Positions 28,395 to 38,198 of a DNA stretch of 64,000 nucleotides are shown here, piece by piece. The notes under the pieces were generated by a model. That model had not been told where the DNA came from. It ran no database searches and saw only the letters and a program-made list of their open reading frames with translations. The stretch's first letter is position 1, and every line of letters begins with the position of its first letter. A program made the translations under genes and the position numbers. Source of the DNA: a virus; the IMG/VR virus record IMGVR_UViG_3300027747_002969, positions 20,334-84,333 of that record; one strand, written 5' to 3'.

Positions 28395-28455
28395 CTAGCC
28401 GTCACAGGCTGCACAGAAGTTGACATGCACATAAACGACTCTTAATAATGTGTGC

Positions 28456-28731
28456 ATGTCAACACCTGGTGATTTCAACTCGCAATTGGCCGACCTTGCT
28501 GTGCTATTGGCTGGCAAGGTAGCTGAACGACTGGCTTTTTGGTCCAAAGACATGGAGCCCACTGAACGTCGACGCATCTTAGACATGATAGAGGGTCAAC
28601 TGCCTGATATCATTAGCAACAGCATTGCCAAAGCACCCAGCCTACACAGTGCCAGCGGCGTTGACTATTTTCAACAACATCTTGAAGATTATGCAGATGC
28701 ATATGCAAAAAAATTCATTGGTCGGGTGTAG
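28456..28731 (+). CDS. Hypothetical protein
   Basis: ORF downstream of TTGACA at 28420. Confidence 0.55.
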   Translation: MSTPGDFNSQLADLAVLLAGKVAERLAFWSKDMEPTERRRILDMIEGQLPDIISNSIAKAPSLHSASGVDYFQQHLEDYADAYAKKFIGRV

Positions 28732-28737
28732 AGTCAA

Positions 28738-28977
28738 TTGAACGATGATGCTGCGCTGAGAATTGTGAAACTGTCCTTTCCGAGAAGCCGACTGTTTACC
28801 ACACCAAAGACCAATGTCGATACATGGATTACCATGCTGGAACAACTGTTATCATGCAACTATGATAACTATACAGTGACAGTCAAAAAAGACCATTTCA
28901 AAAGCAGCACTGATGTTGAGATTGAATTTGCCAGTCAAGACGATGCTGTATGGTTTAGGTTGTCACAGAGAGATTAG
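28738..28977 (+). CDS. Hypothetical protein
   Basis: C-terminal IEFASQDDAVWFRL, typical of small phage proteins. Confidence 0.5.
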   Translation: MNDDAALRIVKLSFPRSRLFTTPKTNVDTWITMLEQLLSCNYDNYTVTVKKDHFKSSTDVEIEFASQDDAVWFRLSQRD

Positions 28978-28987
28978 GAGACCTGTA

Positions 28988-29107
28988 ATGCCAAAAGAAT
29001 GGTGGGAAGACGATCATGCTGAAGAGCATGACAGTGATCAGTCAACTGCTCAATCGAGCAGCCATGACCATGCTGATGATGTCTATGATCAACACGGTGA
29101 CGATTAA
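28988..29107 (+). CDS. 39-aa acidic His-rich peptide
   Basis: AGGAG RBS; MPKEWWEDDHAEEHDSDQ...HDHADDVYDQHGDD. Confidence 0.5.
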   Translation: MPKEWWEDDHAEEHDSDQSTAQSSSHDHADDVYDQHGDD

Positions 29108-29120
29108 CTGAGGATTAATC

Positions 29121-29165
29121 ATGTGCCAGTTGCATAGGTCCAAATAAACTATGCAACTGGCACAT
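29121..29165. repeat. 17-bp perfect inverted repeat
   Basis: ATGTGCCAGTTGCATAG, 11-nt spacer, CTATGCAACTGGCACAT. Confidence 0.9.
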
Positions 29166-29247
29166 ACCACTACCAGTTTATCTGTTGTTGTGATCATCCA
29201 TAATTTTCTGTAAATATTGTGCAACGCAATAATTCACAGGAGTTGTT

Positions 29248-29421
29248 ATGATAGAAATGCTGGCCAATATGATGGCATCGATAAACAAAGTGCTATGGTC
29301 CTTGCGTTGGGCAACCTCGCAGGATGATGTCATATCCTTTTTTGAAACTGAATACAAAAAGGATGCACAGTGCGCTTATGAACACTGGCTATCCACACAG
29401 AGAGTGGATTTTAAATCTTGA
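29248..29421 (+). CDS. 57-aa small ORF (MIEMLANMMASINKVLWSLRW...)
   Basis: AGGAG RBS and TAAATA at 29211; own translation. Confidence 0.5.
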   Translation: MIEMLANMMASINKVLWSLRWATSQDDVISFFETEYKKDAQCAYEHWLSTQRVDFKS

Positions 29422-29495
29422 TCTAGTGGCCATGGTGATAGATTGACGCCGGATTTGGTCCACCTTATTATTTGATATGAATATAAGGATTGAAC

Positions 29496-29942
29496 ATGAC
29501 CGTAGACCTCAACAGATACACAGAATTTGTCGCTGAGATTACCAGTACCGAAAGTCAGGACCTTACTGCGTTTATGAACCGTTTGGATCGTGTAGATGGC
29601 AATTTTGAAGCCTATGGTACTGCGGGGGAGATGCAGCACGGACCGGATGTCAACGTACCACTGTTGTTGACTGCTGCACTGGGCATGGCAGCGGAAACTG
29701 GCGAATTCTGTGAGATTCCCAAGAAAGTCTTTTTCCAAGGCAAGAATCTAGATGATGCGGCATTATTCCACATGAAGAGAGAACTTGGTGATGTTGCATT
29801 CTATTGGATCAATGCGTGTCGTGCCATTGGGGTCAACCCCAACGATGTAATTGAAGAGAACATTCGAAAATTGGAAGCTCGCTATCCAGGCGGTAAATTT
29901 ACAGTCGAGCGTTCTGAAAATAGAGTTGAGGGAGATATATAA
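29496..29942 (+). CDS. mazG: MazG-like nucleoside triphosphate pyrophosphohydrolase
   Basis: LGMAAETGEFCEIPKK, RELGDVAFY, NIRKLEARYP. Confidence 0.85.
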   Translation: MTVDLNRYTEFVAEITSTESQDLTAFMNRLDRVDGNFEAYGTAGEMQHGPDVNVPLLLTAALGMAAETGEFCEIPKKVFFQGKNLDDAALFHMKRELGDVAFYWINACRAIGVNPNDVIEENIRKLEARYPGGKFTVERSENRVEGDI

Positions 29943-30132
29943 TGACTATTGAACTTTATAAGGAAAATAGAAAAATTATCACTGAAAAACACGGAGAGGG
30001 TGAAGTTGATCTCACCGTTGGCAAGTGCGCAACTGCTATTAATCTTGGTCATCAGGTGTCTAAAAAAAGCATAGATCTGTCAACATCGGTGAAGCCACAG
30101 ATCAAAGGTTAAACCTGGTGATCTCAAAGCAG

Positions 30133-30160
30133 TTGACAATCTCCTGCTGTGTGTTATAAT
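30133..30160 (+). promoter_or_regulatory. Sigma70-like promoter
   Basis: TTGACA, 16 nt, TATAAT. Confidence 0.6.
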
Positions 30161-30189
30161 GACATACATGATGTCTAGGAGCGACTGCA

Positions 30190-31236
30190 ATGGATAACAC
30201 CATAGCCAATCTTGATCACTCTGTGCCGGGATTTGACGGGCTTTACATGCAGGTTCTCAACTTCCTTCATTATGAAGTAGATACTGCTGCTCTCAAACGT
30301 GAATTAGTTGCCTATGCAGATGTAGTTGGGATGACAGATATTGCAGAACAGATTCCTGCAGCACAGATCTCAGCAGAAGGAAAAATAGCCTATTGCATGA
30401 ATCGAGGTGCTAGACTGCGGCCCAGCAGCATTGACAAGGTGCGGAGGACTCTAGAAGATTGGAAAGTTCGCAGTCTTGGTGAAGTGGATTTTGATTGGGA
30501 CGCAATTGCCACTTCATCTCAGGGCAAGAAAGTTCAACACTATGTTGACTGCTACAGTCAAATTGACAATGCCAAAGCCAAAGTTCTCTCTGGAAAAATC
30601 AGCACACGAGAGTTGGCCGCACTGGTACGAAAGATAGTGGCTGCTAGAGACGGCGGCAAACCCTGGGTTACCAAACAACTGCTGGAGCACTACAGGACTG
30701 CACTGCAGGAAGCCAAGCAGGATGCTGCAGTTGCTCATTGGGTAAAACCTCTGTCAACCATAGCCGATACTCTTGGTCTGTTGGTCAACAATCGCGCTGG
30801 TATCAAAACCAGTGCTAAAAATGCCCGTGTACGCAAGTTGACCAATACTCTAGAACAAAGCGATCGCAACGGGGAAAAAGCCGCTGCCAAGGTTACCTAC
30901 AAGGATCAAGACACTGCGCTGGGCATCAACAGTGTGGATCCTACCAATCTCGTTGGCGCAGCAGCAGCAGTGATCTACAACACCAAAACGCGACATTGTG
31001 AGGTATATTTTGCAGAACCTGGCAAACGACTCAGTGTTCAAGGTTCTCGCATAACCAATTACGACAATGCCAAGAGCCTTGGTAAAATTCTGCGCAATCC
31101 AGATACTGATTTGCCCCACTGGAATCGCGCTGCTAACATTCGTAGGTTGGAAGTATTGTTGGCCAATACCAACGGCAAAAATTGGGCACTGCTGGGCAAG
31201 TTCAACCGCAACACTATGGTACTTAAAGTCCTATGA
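30190..31236 (+). CDS. Hypothetical protein
   Basis: 348-aa ORF with AGGAG RBS; DPTNLVGA...YNTKTR. Confidence 0.7.
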   Translation: MDNTIANLDHSVPGFDGLYMQVLNFLHYEVDTAALKRELVAYADVVGMTDIAEQIPAAQISAEGKIAYCMNRGARLRPSSIDKVRRTLEDWKVRSLGEVDFDWDAIATSSQGKKVQHYVDCYSQIDNAKAKVLSGKISTRELAALVRKIVAARDGGKPWVTKQLLEHYRTALQEAKQDAAVAHWVKPLSTIADTLGLLVNNRAGIKTSAKNARVRKLTNTLEQSDRNGEKAAAKVTYKDQDTALGINSVDPTNLVGAAAAVIYNTKTRHCEVYFAEPGKRLSVQGSRITNYDNAKSLGKILRNPDTDLPHWNRAANIRRLEVLLANTNGKNWALLGKFNRNTMVLKVL

Positions 31237-31237
31237 C

Positions 31238-32032
31238 CTAGTCCTTGACCACACCGACTAGTATCTTACTGCCCGGCGGATTTATGGCTTTGTTTCGAAA
31301 GTCCAATACATTATGCAAGTTGCGTATCAATACCAATTTTTTGAGTGGTTCCATCATAAGTTGTTCAGTAGTTTGATCGTCTATGTCAGCTGTCGAAGAT
31401 CGCAATGTGGTCAACTGCGGGTTGTCCACCCAGGTTTTAGCCAGTAAGGGCATTAGTTCTTCTGGAGTTTTGGCTGTGGCTAGAATATAGTTAGCTATGT
31501 CAAGACGTGCTAGGCTGCTGAGTCTAAACATGGCCATCAGGTTATTGTCACTGTTGGATGAATACCCAGCACTGGGTATCCAAATACCGTGGTTGGTACG
31601 TGCCACATAGTCTGTGGTGATTTTTCTAATGACCTGTTGATCGGAATAGTTTTTCATGCCTTCGATCAACCATAGGCTATTTTGATCAAAAACCATTACA
31701 CAGCCTGTGACTTTGAGGTCGCGCAGCACAGATACTGCAGCTGCAACGTTGGGCTGTGACAGAGCTGCTTTCAATCTTTGGCCATTTTTGCTTTGATGCT
31801 CTGAGACAGTTGGATGACCCGTGGTCATTGGAGTAAGGCTGCTGCTGATGATGCTGACTCCGTGAGAATTCATTCCTTCAGTCCAGCCAGTTTGTTCATC
31901 CATCAAGGTCACACATTCAATACCATTTGTCTGCAGACGAACTAGTTGAGTTTTGGTATCTACAGGTCGATCACGGTTTTTCACACCAACCCAACCAATT
32001 TTAGGAAATTTTTTTGCTATAATGGTGCACAT
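31238..32032 (-). CDS. Ntn-hydrolase family protein (N-terminal Cys nucleophile)
   Basis: MCTIIAK...KNRD...EGMNSHGV...RTNHG; TAAATA 4 nt upstream of ATG 32032. Confidence 0.75.
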   Translation of the reverse strand: MCTIIAKKFPKIGWVGVKNRDRPVDTKTQLVRLQTNGIECVTLMDEQTGWTEGMNSHGVSIISSSLTPMTTGHPTVSEHQSKNGQRLKAALSQPNVAAAVSVLRDLKVTGCVMVFDQNSLWLIEGMKNYSDQQVIRKITTDYVARTNHGIWIPSAGYSSNSDNNLMAMFRLSSLARLDIANYILATAKTPEELMPLLAKTWVDNPQLTTLRSSTADIDDQTTEQLMMEPLKKLVLIRNLHNVLDFRNKAINPPGSKILVGVVKD

Positions 32033-32128
32033 GCGATATTTATTATTTTTTTCACGGTTTGTGACCATCAAAAACTTTTGACATTGTCAATGTCCTGTGT
32101 TACAAACAACCAACAACAGGGCAGTGTC

Positions 32129-33316
32129 ATGCATTATTCATCTCATATCCAGCAATATCTAGATGCTATTAAAGGCTGTGATGCATTCTTTGTAGCCGAA
32201 AGAGAACACTTTAAGATCATCAACTACATTAGTATGGGCAACGATGTATTCCCAAACCCTGCTTCTGCACCAGATGCTGAGACTGCTGCCCACTGGCATC
32301 TTCGTCGTCAGTGTCGTGGTTTGATTTTTGACCACCATGGCAATGTGATCTCTCTTCCGATACATAAATTTTTCAATGCCATGGAAAGAGATGAAACGCA
32401 GATTCATTGCATTGATCTAAATGAACCACATGTTATTCTTGATAAGTGTGATGGATCGATGGTTCGTCCGATTCCCATTGGCGACGACTATCGCCTTGGT
32501 ACCAAGATGGGCATGACAGAAGTTGCTATGCAGGCTGAGGTCTGGGTGGCTCAGCGGCCCAACTATGACGAATTTATACGCCTGCATCTTGAGCGTGGAC
32601 AAACGCCTATATTTGAATGGTGCAGCCGCAAGCAGCGCATAGTCATTGATTATCCTGTGGATCGCTTGGTGCTGATTGCCATTCGTGATTTGGCCACTGG
32701 CCAATATAAGAGTTATCAGCAGATGCTGACCTATGGTGCTGCCTACGACGTAGAAGTGGTACGTGCTTACGATGGCACGGCTGAAAACATGCGGGCATTG
32801 GTTGAAGAGACTCGTGTGCTGCAAAACCAGGAGGGTTGGATCATACGCTTTGATGATGGTAGAATGATCAAGATCAAAGCGGAGGACTATTGTATAAGGC
32901 ATTCTGCCAAAGACAGCATCATGATGGAAAAGAATACGATTGGTTTGATGTTGACTGAAAAACTAGATGACATAAAACCTGTGCTGGACAATGACACTCG
33001 CAGTCAACTGGAAAAGTATGAAACAGCGTTCTGGAAGGGCATTTCAGACTCTGAAAAGATCTGGAGCACTGTGAACAATAGCTGTCGTGGGATTTACGGC
33101 ACTGATCGCAAGGCGTTTGCACTATCAGACATGGCTAAAGTCATGGACGGTAATCTAAAATCGGCAATTTTCCGGGCCTGGGATGTTGAGAATTTTGATT
33201 GGCGTCAAGCGGTGCTGGATGTGGTTGCCAAACACATCGGTAGCCAAAACAGAGTCGATGCCGTTCGTGCTCTGTGGGGTGGTGCTCATTTCTCACTCAA
33301 TCAACCAGATGAGTAG
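32129..33316 (+). CDS. rnlA: T4 Rnl1-like RNA ligase
   Basis: CRGLIF, HKFFN, motif I DKCDGS, FEW, EGWII, KIK. Confidence 0.88.
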   Translation: MHYSSHIQQYLDAIKGCDAFFVAEREHFKIINYISMGNDVFPNPASAPDAETAAHWHLRRQCRGLIFDHHGNVISLPIHKFFNAMERDETQIHCIDLNEPHVILDKCDGSMVRPIPIGDDYRLGTKMGMTEVAMQAEVWVAQRPNYDEFIRLHLERGQTPIFEWCSRKQRIVIDYPVDRLVLIAIRDLATGQYKSYQQMLTYGAAYDVEVVRAYDGTAENMRALVEETRVLQNQEGWIIRFDDGRMIKIKAEDYCIRHSAKDSIMMEKNTIGLMLTEKLDDIKPVLDNDTRSQLEKYETAFWKGISDSEKIWSTVNNSCRGIYGTDRKAFALSDMAKVMDGNLKSAIFRAWDVENFDWRQAVLDVVAKHIGSQNRVDAVRALWGGAHFSLNQPDE

Positions 33317-33390
33317 TGTGATCAATCTTCCATATCCACGGTTGACAGTCAATTCGCAGATGTTATTTTGTAGTTTCACAGGATTATCAA

Positions 33391-33777
33391 ATGAAAATCA
33401 AAACTCAGTATGATGTTGGACATGTATTTTACCTTCCTAGGGTGGTTACACGGTATGAAAAAGACATCATTCAGCACCCAGATGCCGATGGCAACACAGT
33501 TAACTATTATCGAGATGTGGCAACACTAGAACCAACTATAAGACATAAAATTGTAACGCGCATTGAGATCACTGTTACAGCTGACAGGGTTGACATCAAC
33601 TACTGGGCCAAAAATGCCAATGAAGATTCCAGTCTTATAGATCAGAACTACCAAGAGGATGAATTGGACATTACCGATTCCAAAATTGCCTGGGAATTCG
33701 CTAGACGTTGGTGTCGCGAGGAGAAGTGTGTGTATTTTGGGAGACAAGAATACGATGACCCTGCACATGTCTCATAA
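33391..33777 (+). CDS. Hypothetical protein
   Basis: TTGACA promoter at about 33342, AGGA RBS. Confidence 0.6.
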   Translation: MKIKTQYDVGHVFYLPRVVTRYEKDIIQHPDADGNTVNYYRDVATLEPTIRHKIVTRIEITVTADRVDINYWAKNANEDSSLIDQNYQEDELDITDSKIAWEFARRWCREEKCVYFGRQEYDDPAHVS

Positions 33778-34054
33778 GATGTTCAGCATGCTTTTTTGGA
33801 TAAGAACCTGGATCAAGAGTTTTGTTGTACCATGTAGGTTGACCTGGCACGACACCGATCCAGAAATAGCTCGGCAGTTGTCTCGCAGAGTCAAAATGAA
33901 ACTCATAGCAGATCAACTAACAGAGCCTGAATCACTGCTGTTTCATACATTACTCCTCACAGATGATTGGTGTGGTCCCTCCGTTTTTGTCTGGGGACAA
34001 CTGGGATCTGACGCTTTTCATTGTGAATATTGTGAGATCACTGCATGGACTTAG
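33767..34054 (+). CDS. Hypothetical protein
   Basis: Overlaps the previous gene; start uncertain. Confidence 0.4.
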   Translation: MSHKMFSMLFWIRTWIKSFVVPCRLTWHDTDPEIARQLSRRVKMKLIADQLTEPESLLFHTLLLTDDWCGPSVFVWGQLGSDAFHCEYCEITAWT

Positions 34055-34136
34055 TAGTCGTTGAGAATTATCACTGCAAGTGAACCCTGTTTTCCTTTAG
34101 GTTAACAGACTTCCGCTTGAAAGATTAAATAACATT

Positions 34137-34712
34137 ATGACAAAGAGAATCTTTGAATCTAGCCCCGATACCCTGATAGGAAGTTTTACACCAGATTTAG
34201 TGCTGAGCAAATTGTGGTTGATACGAGAAGTCAGTCGAATTAATCGCAGTTTTGCAACCATTTATATACTGGGATCATGGTACGGTAATCTCAGCATACT
34301 GCTTCTGCAACAGCATGATATCACATTCGATCGGATCGCCAATGTTGATACTAATGTTTATAAACTGGACACCGGATATCGTCTAGCCCAGCGTTTAGAT
34401 ATTGACCACAAGATCATTCCTGTAGCCAAAGATGCCAATACTCTTACCTACAGCATGATGAAAAGCCCTGGGTTAGTCATCAACACCAGTGCAGGCAATA
34501 TGCAAAACTCCGGATGGTTTGCCAATATTCCTCCTGGAACACTGGTGGCCATACAGGGTCGCGATCCAGATCCCGGTGCTGTTTATCAATTCAACAGCAC
34601 GGATGAATTGGAAGATGCTTTTTTTATGGACAGGATATTATATCGAGGACAGTTATCACTGACAGACCCTGAAACTGCCTACACAAGACACATGCTGATT
34701 GGCATCAGATAG
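34137..34712 (+). CDS. SAM-dependent methyltransferase-like late protein
   Basis: IYILGSWYGNL, NVD, DAN, VINTS; TAAATA 5 nt upstream. Confidence 0.6.
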   Translation: MTKRIFESSPDTLIGSFTPDLVLSKLWLIREVSRINRSFATIYILGSWYGNLSILLLQQHDITFDRIANVDTNVYKLDTGYRLAQRLDIDHKIIPVAKDANTLTYSMMKSPGLVINTSAGNMQNSGWFANIPPGTLVAIQGRDPDPGAVYQFNSTDELEDAFFMDRILYRGQLSLTDPETAYTRHMLIGIR

Positions 34713-34774
34713 ATGAGACCTTTTTTTTTTTAGATTGGTGATAAATAACGTTAGGAACACAACGGCTGTCAGGG

Positions 34775-34966
34775 GTGATTAACATGTCCAAGCTGCTCAA
34801 GAAGCTATGTTTTTCGTTTGCTGTATTTGTTGCCTTTTATGTCTCTGGACATTTTGCCATGTATCTAGAAAGTTTTAATGAAAATGTCTTGGCAAGTTCG
34901 GCCTTGTTTGGAGCAAGTTTTGCCAGTTTGGTAGGTGGCGGATTTAAATTATGGCATGATTTATGA
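34775..34966 (+). CDS. Small two-TM membrane protein
   Basis: Two hydrophobic segments; TAAATA at 34742. Confidence 0.4.
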   Translation: MINMSKLLKKLCFSFAVFVAFYVSGHFAMYLESFNENVLASSALFGASFASLVGGGFKLWHDL

Positions 34967-35021
34967 ATCCTGCGCCTGGTAAAAATTGATGCTGTGGTTT
35001 TAATTTTGGAGATTTCGTGTT

Positions 35022-35588
35022 TTGGGATCGACACTTGTGTTGAATGCGGATTACACTCCATTGAGCATTATTCCTATATCATCAATTTCTTGGAAAGATG
35101 CTATTAAAATATCATTTTTAGGACATGCAACTGCAATAGAATACTATACAGACTGGAAAATACGCAGTCCCAGTACTACCATTGATGTTCCTGCAGTTAT
35201 GGTATCAAACACCTATATTAAGAAAAAACATGGGGTAAGGTTTTCAAGATATAATCTGTTGCTGCGTGACGGATTTACCTGCCAGTATTGTAGCAAGAAA
35301 CTCAACACATTTGACCTTACAGTTGATCATGTGATTCCTCGTGCCAGGGGTGGCACCACCCGTTGGGAAAATATTGTGTGCTGCTGCTATGTGTGCAACA
35401 GTATCAAGGGGCACAAAACACACATGCGTCCAAATAACAAACCAATAAAACCGGACTATTATCAACTGTTGGATTATGCTCGACGTACTCCAATTAAGAT
35501 TCCTAGTGAAACATGGATAAAATATCTCAACTGGGATGAATCTGTGATCACAGTGGTCAAAACCGAGCAATCTAAAATTGACATCTAG
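35022..35588 (+). CDS. HNH endonuclease
   Basis: LVLNADY, RDGFTCQYC, TVDHVIPRARGG, WENIVCCCYVCNSIKG. Confidence 0.92.
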   Translation: MGSTLVLNADYTPLSIIPISSISWKDAIKISFLGHATAIEYYTDWKIRSPSTTIDVPAVMVSNTYIKKKHGVRFSRYNLLLRDGFTCQYCSKKLNTFDLTVDHVIPRARGGTTRWENIVCCCYVCNSIKGHKTHMRPNNKPIKPDYYQLLDYARRTPIKIPSETWIKYLNWDESVITVVKTEQSKIDI

Positions 35589-35634
35589 ATCTGCGATCTA
35601 CAACAATAGTGTAGAATAATAGGAGAATTTTTCT

Positions 35635-36096
35635 ATGAGCAGCACAGTAACATCTGAATCGCCATCTTCACCACCAAATGTGTCCCTGCAGGATCTGCAG
35701 AATCTATTGATTGTGATTGATTTGGCAACTAGCCGGGGTGCATTTCGCGGTAACGAAATTAGCCAGATTGGTGCATTGTTTGATAAGTTGTCGCTTTTCC
35801 TAGAAAGCGTTGCACCTAAACCAGCTGAAAACAACACGCAGCCTGGGGCTCAACCAGCGCAGCAGATGCCACCACAGGTACAGCAGATGCCACCACAGGT
35901 ACAGCAGATGCCACCACAGGTACAGCAGATGCCACCACAGGTACAGCAGATGCCACCACAGGTACAGCAGATGCCACCACAGGTACAGCAGATGCCACCA
36001 CAGGTACAGCAGATGCCACCACAGGTACAGCAGATGCCACACCCAAACCCAGTTATGCCTATGACTCCACCATTTGCTCCAAAGATAGGTATTTGA
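35635..36096 (+). CDS. Hypothetical protein with a Pro/Gln-rich tandem-repeat tail
   Basis: AGGAG RBS; IDLATSRGAFRGNE N-terminal domain. Confidence 0.75.
   Translation: MSSTVTSESPSSPPNVSLQDLQNLLIVIDLATSRGAFRGNEISQIGALFDKLSLFLESVAPKPAENNTQPGAQPAQQMPPQVQQMPPQVQQMPPQVQQMPPQVQQMPPQVQQMPPQVQQMPPQVQQMPPQVQQMPHPNPVMPMTPPFAPKIGI
35860..36040 (+). repeat. Perfect 21-bp tandem repeat (CAGCAGATGCCACCACAGGTA) x8 plus a partial copy
   Basis: Read directly; encodes (QQMPPQV)8. Confidence 0.95.
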
Positions 36097-36097
36097 A

Positions 36098-36820
36098 ATG
36101 AGCGACATGACAGGAATGGTCAAGCATGTTGGTATGCTAAACAACACTGGCAAAAATGTTGTAGTAGTATACATGCAACTGCCTGGCGATCCAAACCATG
36201 CATTGGTCGTTGATACAGATGCTCTGCCTGACAACTACAATGACAGCCTGCGTCGTGTAGTTGAAAGCACAGAGGGTCAACAAAGCCAAAACCTTGCAGA
36301 TGTGTTAGCACGCCGTATGAGCCCAGACGGCAGTAATACTACACTGTTGAACAAGTTCCATTCGGCTGGGCGTCTGCAGAAAGTGCCAACTAGTTTGGTC
36401 ACTATGACACCCCGCAAGGGTCTACGGTGGCCTTTGTCAGAGGTCATCAATGCTATGGATAAAATGAATGAAAACACTCCGGTTGGTTTTGATGATTTAG
36501 ATCCGGAAACTCGCGCAAGTTTGGCTGCAGATCTCAAGAAGTTTAACGTACATGCCAACAACATGGACGGTGAATCTCGTGCTGATCGCAAGGATGAGGC
36601 TGTGGGTCTCATCCGGCAGGCAGAGTTGTTGGAATCTGATGCACAAAAGATGCGCGAGCGTGCTTATCGTATGGATCCGGCACTGATGAAAAAACAAAGC
36701 AAGTCTAAATCTACAGCAACAGAAGATTTGTTGGTGGGGTTAGACAAGGAAAAGGCAGCAGAATCTAACCAACCTGCAGTCAAAAAGCCAAGATCTCCTA
36801 GGAAACCCAAGGCATCTTGA
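36098..36820 (+). CDS. Hypothetical protein
   Basis: 240-aa ORF; KHVG...LPGDPNHALVV, basic C-terminal tail. Confidence 0.7.
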   Translation: MSDMTGMVKHVGMLNNTGKNVVVVYMQLPGDPNHALVVDTDALPDNYNDSLRRVVESTEGQQSQNLADVLARRMSPDGSNTTLLNKFHSAGRLQKVPTSLVTMTPRKGLRWPLSEVINAMDKMNENTPVGFDDLDPETRASLAADLKKFNVHANNMDGESRADRKDEAVGLIRQAELLESDAQKMRERAYRMDPALMKKQSKSKSTATEDLLVGLDKEKAAESNQPAVKKPRSPRKPKAS

Positions 36821-36825
36821 TATCT

Positions 36826-37092
36826 ATGACACCTACTAGACAGATCATATTGGATGAAATTGCGGCCGAACGTAGACGTCAATATGATCTGCCTGGTAGT
36901 GAATTTGATCAAAAACACACAATCAATGACTGGATTGCAATATCTAGCCAATATCTCACTAGATGTGTTGCACGAAAGCATATGAAATTAGATTATCAAG
37001 AGCAGAGACAATCGCTTATAAAGGCCGCAGCAGTAATACTTGCTTCTATCGAACACCTAGATAGAAAAACGTTCACCTCTGAACAATCATAG
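36826..37092 (+). CDS. Hypothetical helical protein
   Basis: EIAAERRRQ...LIKAAAVILASIE. Confidence 0.55.
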   Translation: MTPTRQIILDEIAAERRRQYDLPGSEFDQKHTINDWIAISSQYLTRCVARKHMKLDYQEQRQSLIKAAAVILASIEHLDRKTFTSEQS

Positions 37093-37160
37093 ATTGTCAA
37101 CTATCAAAAGTTAGCTGTGAATCAGGTTGACTAGCCTCGCTGTTGCAGACATAATATGGT

Positions 37161-37814
37161 ATGAAAAACTGTCGTCTCATAGCCATTACCAAACCTACGA
37201 TTACAGAATGCACCACAGCTGAAGAGCTGGTAGCATATTGTGCAAGGGTATCAAATCCCACCAACCAGCAGAATCACAGCACCAGTGCCAAACTGATACG
37301 TTATCTTATAAGCCACGCACACTGGTCGCCATTAGAAATGGTTCAATTGGTCATTGAGATCAACACCACTCGTGACATTGCTCGCCAGATTCTGCGTCAT
37401 AAGAGTTTTAGTTTCCAGGAGTTCAGCCAACGCTATGCTGATCCTACAGGTAATTTAGGGTTTAGCAACCGCGAAGCTAGACTGCAGGATACCAAGAACC
37501 GTCAGAACAGCATTGAGATCACAGATCAGGAGCTGGAAATTGCCTGGGCAGATCAACAGGCGCAGCTGATCCAGCAGGCCATGGATGTCTACAAATGGGC
37601 AATTGATCACAACATTGCCAAGGAACAGGCCAGAGCAGTGTTGCCCGAGGGTCTAACCAATAGCAGACTATATATGGCCGGTACTCTGCGCAGTTGGGTA
37701 CACTACTGCGACCTACGCCGCGGCAACGGCACACAGAAAGAACACCGTGAGATTGCAGAGTCCTGTTGGCAGATCATTTTGAGCCAATTTCCCATGCTGG
37801 CAGAAGACTTGTGA
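37161..37814 (+). CDS. thyX: FAD-dependent thymidylate synthase
   Basis: CARVS, HWSPLE, QILRHKSFSFQEFSQRY, EQARAVLP, TQKEHR. Confidence 0.95.
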   Translation: MKNCRLIAITKPTITECTTAEELVAYCARVSNPTNQQNHSTSAKLIRYLISHAHWSPLEMVQLVIEINTTRDIARQILRHKSFSFQEFSQRYADPTGNLGFSNREARLQDTKNRQNSIEITDQELEIAWADQQAQLIQQAMDVYKWAIDHNIAKEQARAVLPEGLTNSRLYMAGTLRSWVHYCDLRRGNGTQKEHREIAESCWQIILSQFPMLAEDL

Positions 37815-37844
37815 CGAAGCCGATCAACCAAAAGGAAACCACTC

Positions 37845-38198
37845 ATGACCAGCGATGCCAACAAGCAGTTTACAGATACTTTGGTTGAGTTTGGCGAAGC
37901 CTATCGCTCTCGAGCCAAAGAATATGCAACCGAGTGTGACCTCTATTGGAATAGTCTCACCACTGACAAACAACTGATGGCCTTTTACAGTGTGGTACAA
38001 CGCATCTGCAAAGGTGAACTGAAAGACCAAGGCAGTTATCGTCATGTGTTGTATCGAGTGTTTGGGTTTGACATGGACAGTTATGGCATTGGCATGGAAT
38101 GCGGATATATGGAGCTGCACAACAGCATAGTGAGAAACCGTCCCCCGCTAGACAGATTTGATCATCAAGAGAGGATCGACAATGAAGATAGGACTTAG
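37845..38198 (+). CDS. Hypothetical protein
   Basis: AAGGA RBS; GSYRHVLYRVFGF...GYMELHN. Confidence 0.65.
   Translation: MTSDANKQFTDTLVEFGEAYRSRAKEYATECDLYWNSLTTDKQLMAFYSVVQRICKGELKDQGSYRHVLYRVFGFDMDSYGIGMECGYMELHNSIVRNRPPLDRFDHQERIDNEDRT

Noticed and set aside
35022-35588. HNH nuclease as the homing partner of the polymerase intron
   Set aside because: About 29 kb away and of the common stand-alone Zn-binding HNH type; nothing in the sequence links them
35800-36234. CRISPR array, or the Trp/His-rich antisense and alternate-frame ORFs
   Set aside because: Repeats are head-to-tail with no spacers and no cas genes; the alternate ORFs are by-products of the 21-bp repeat
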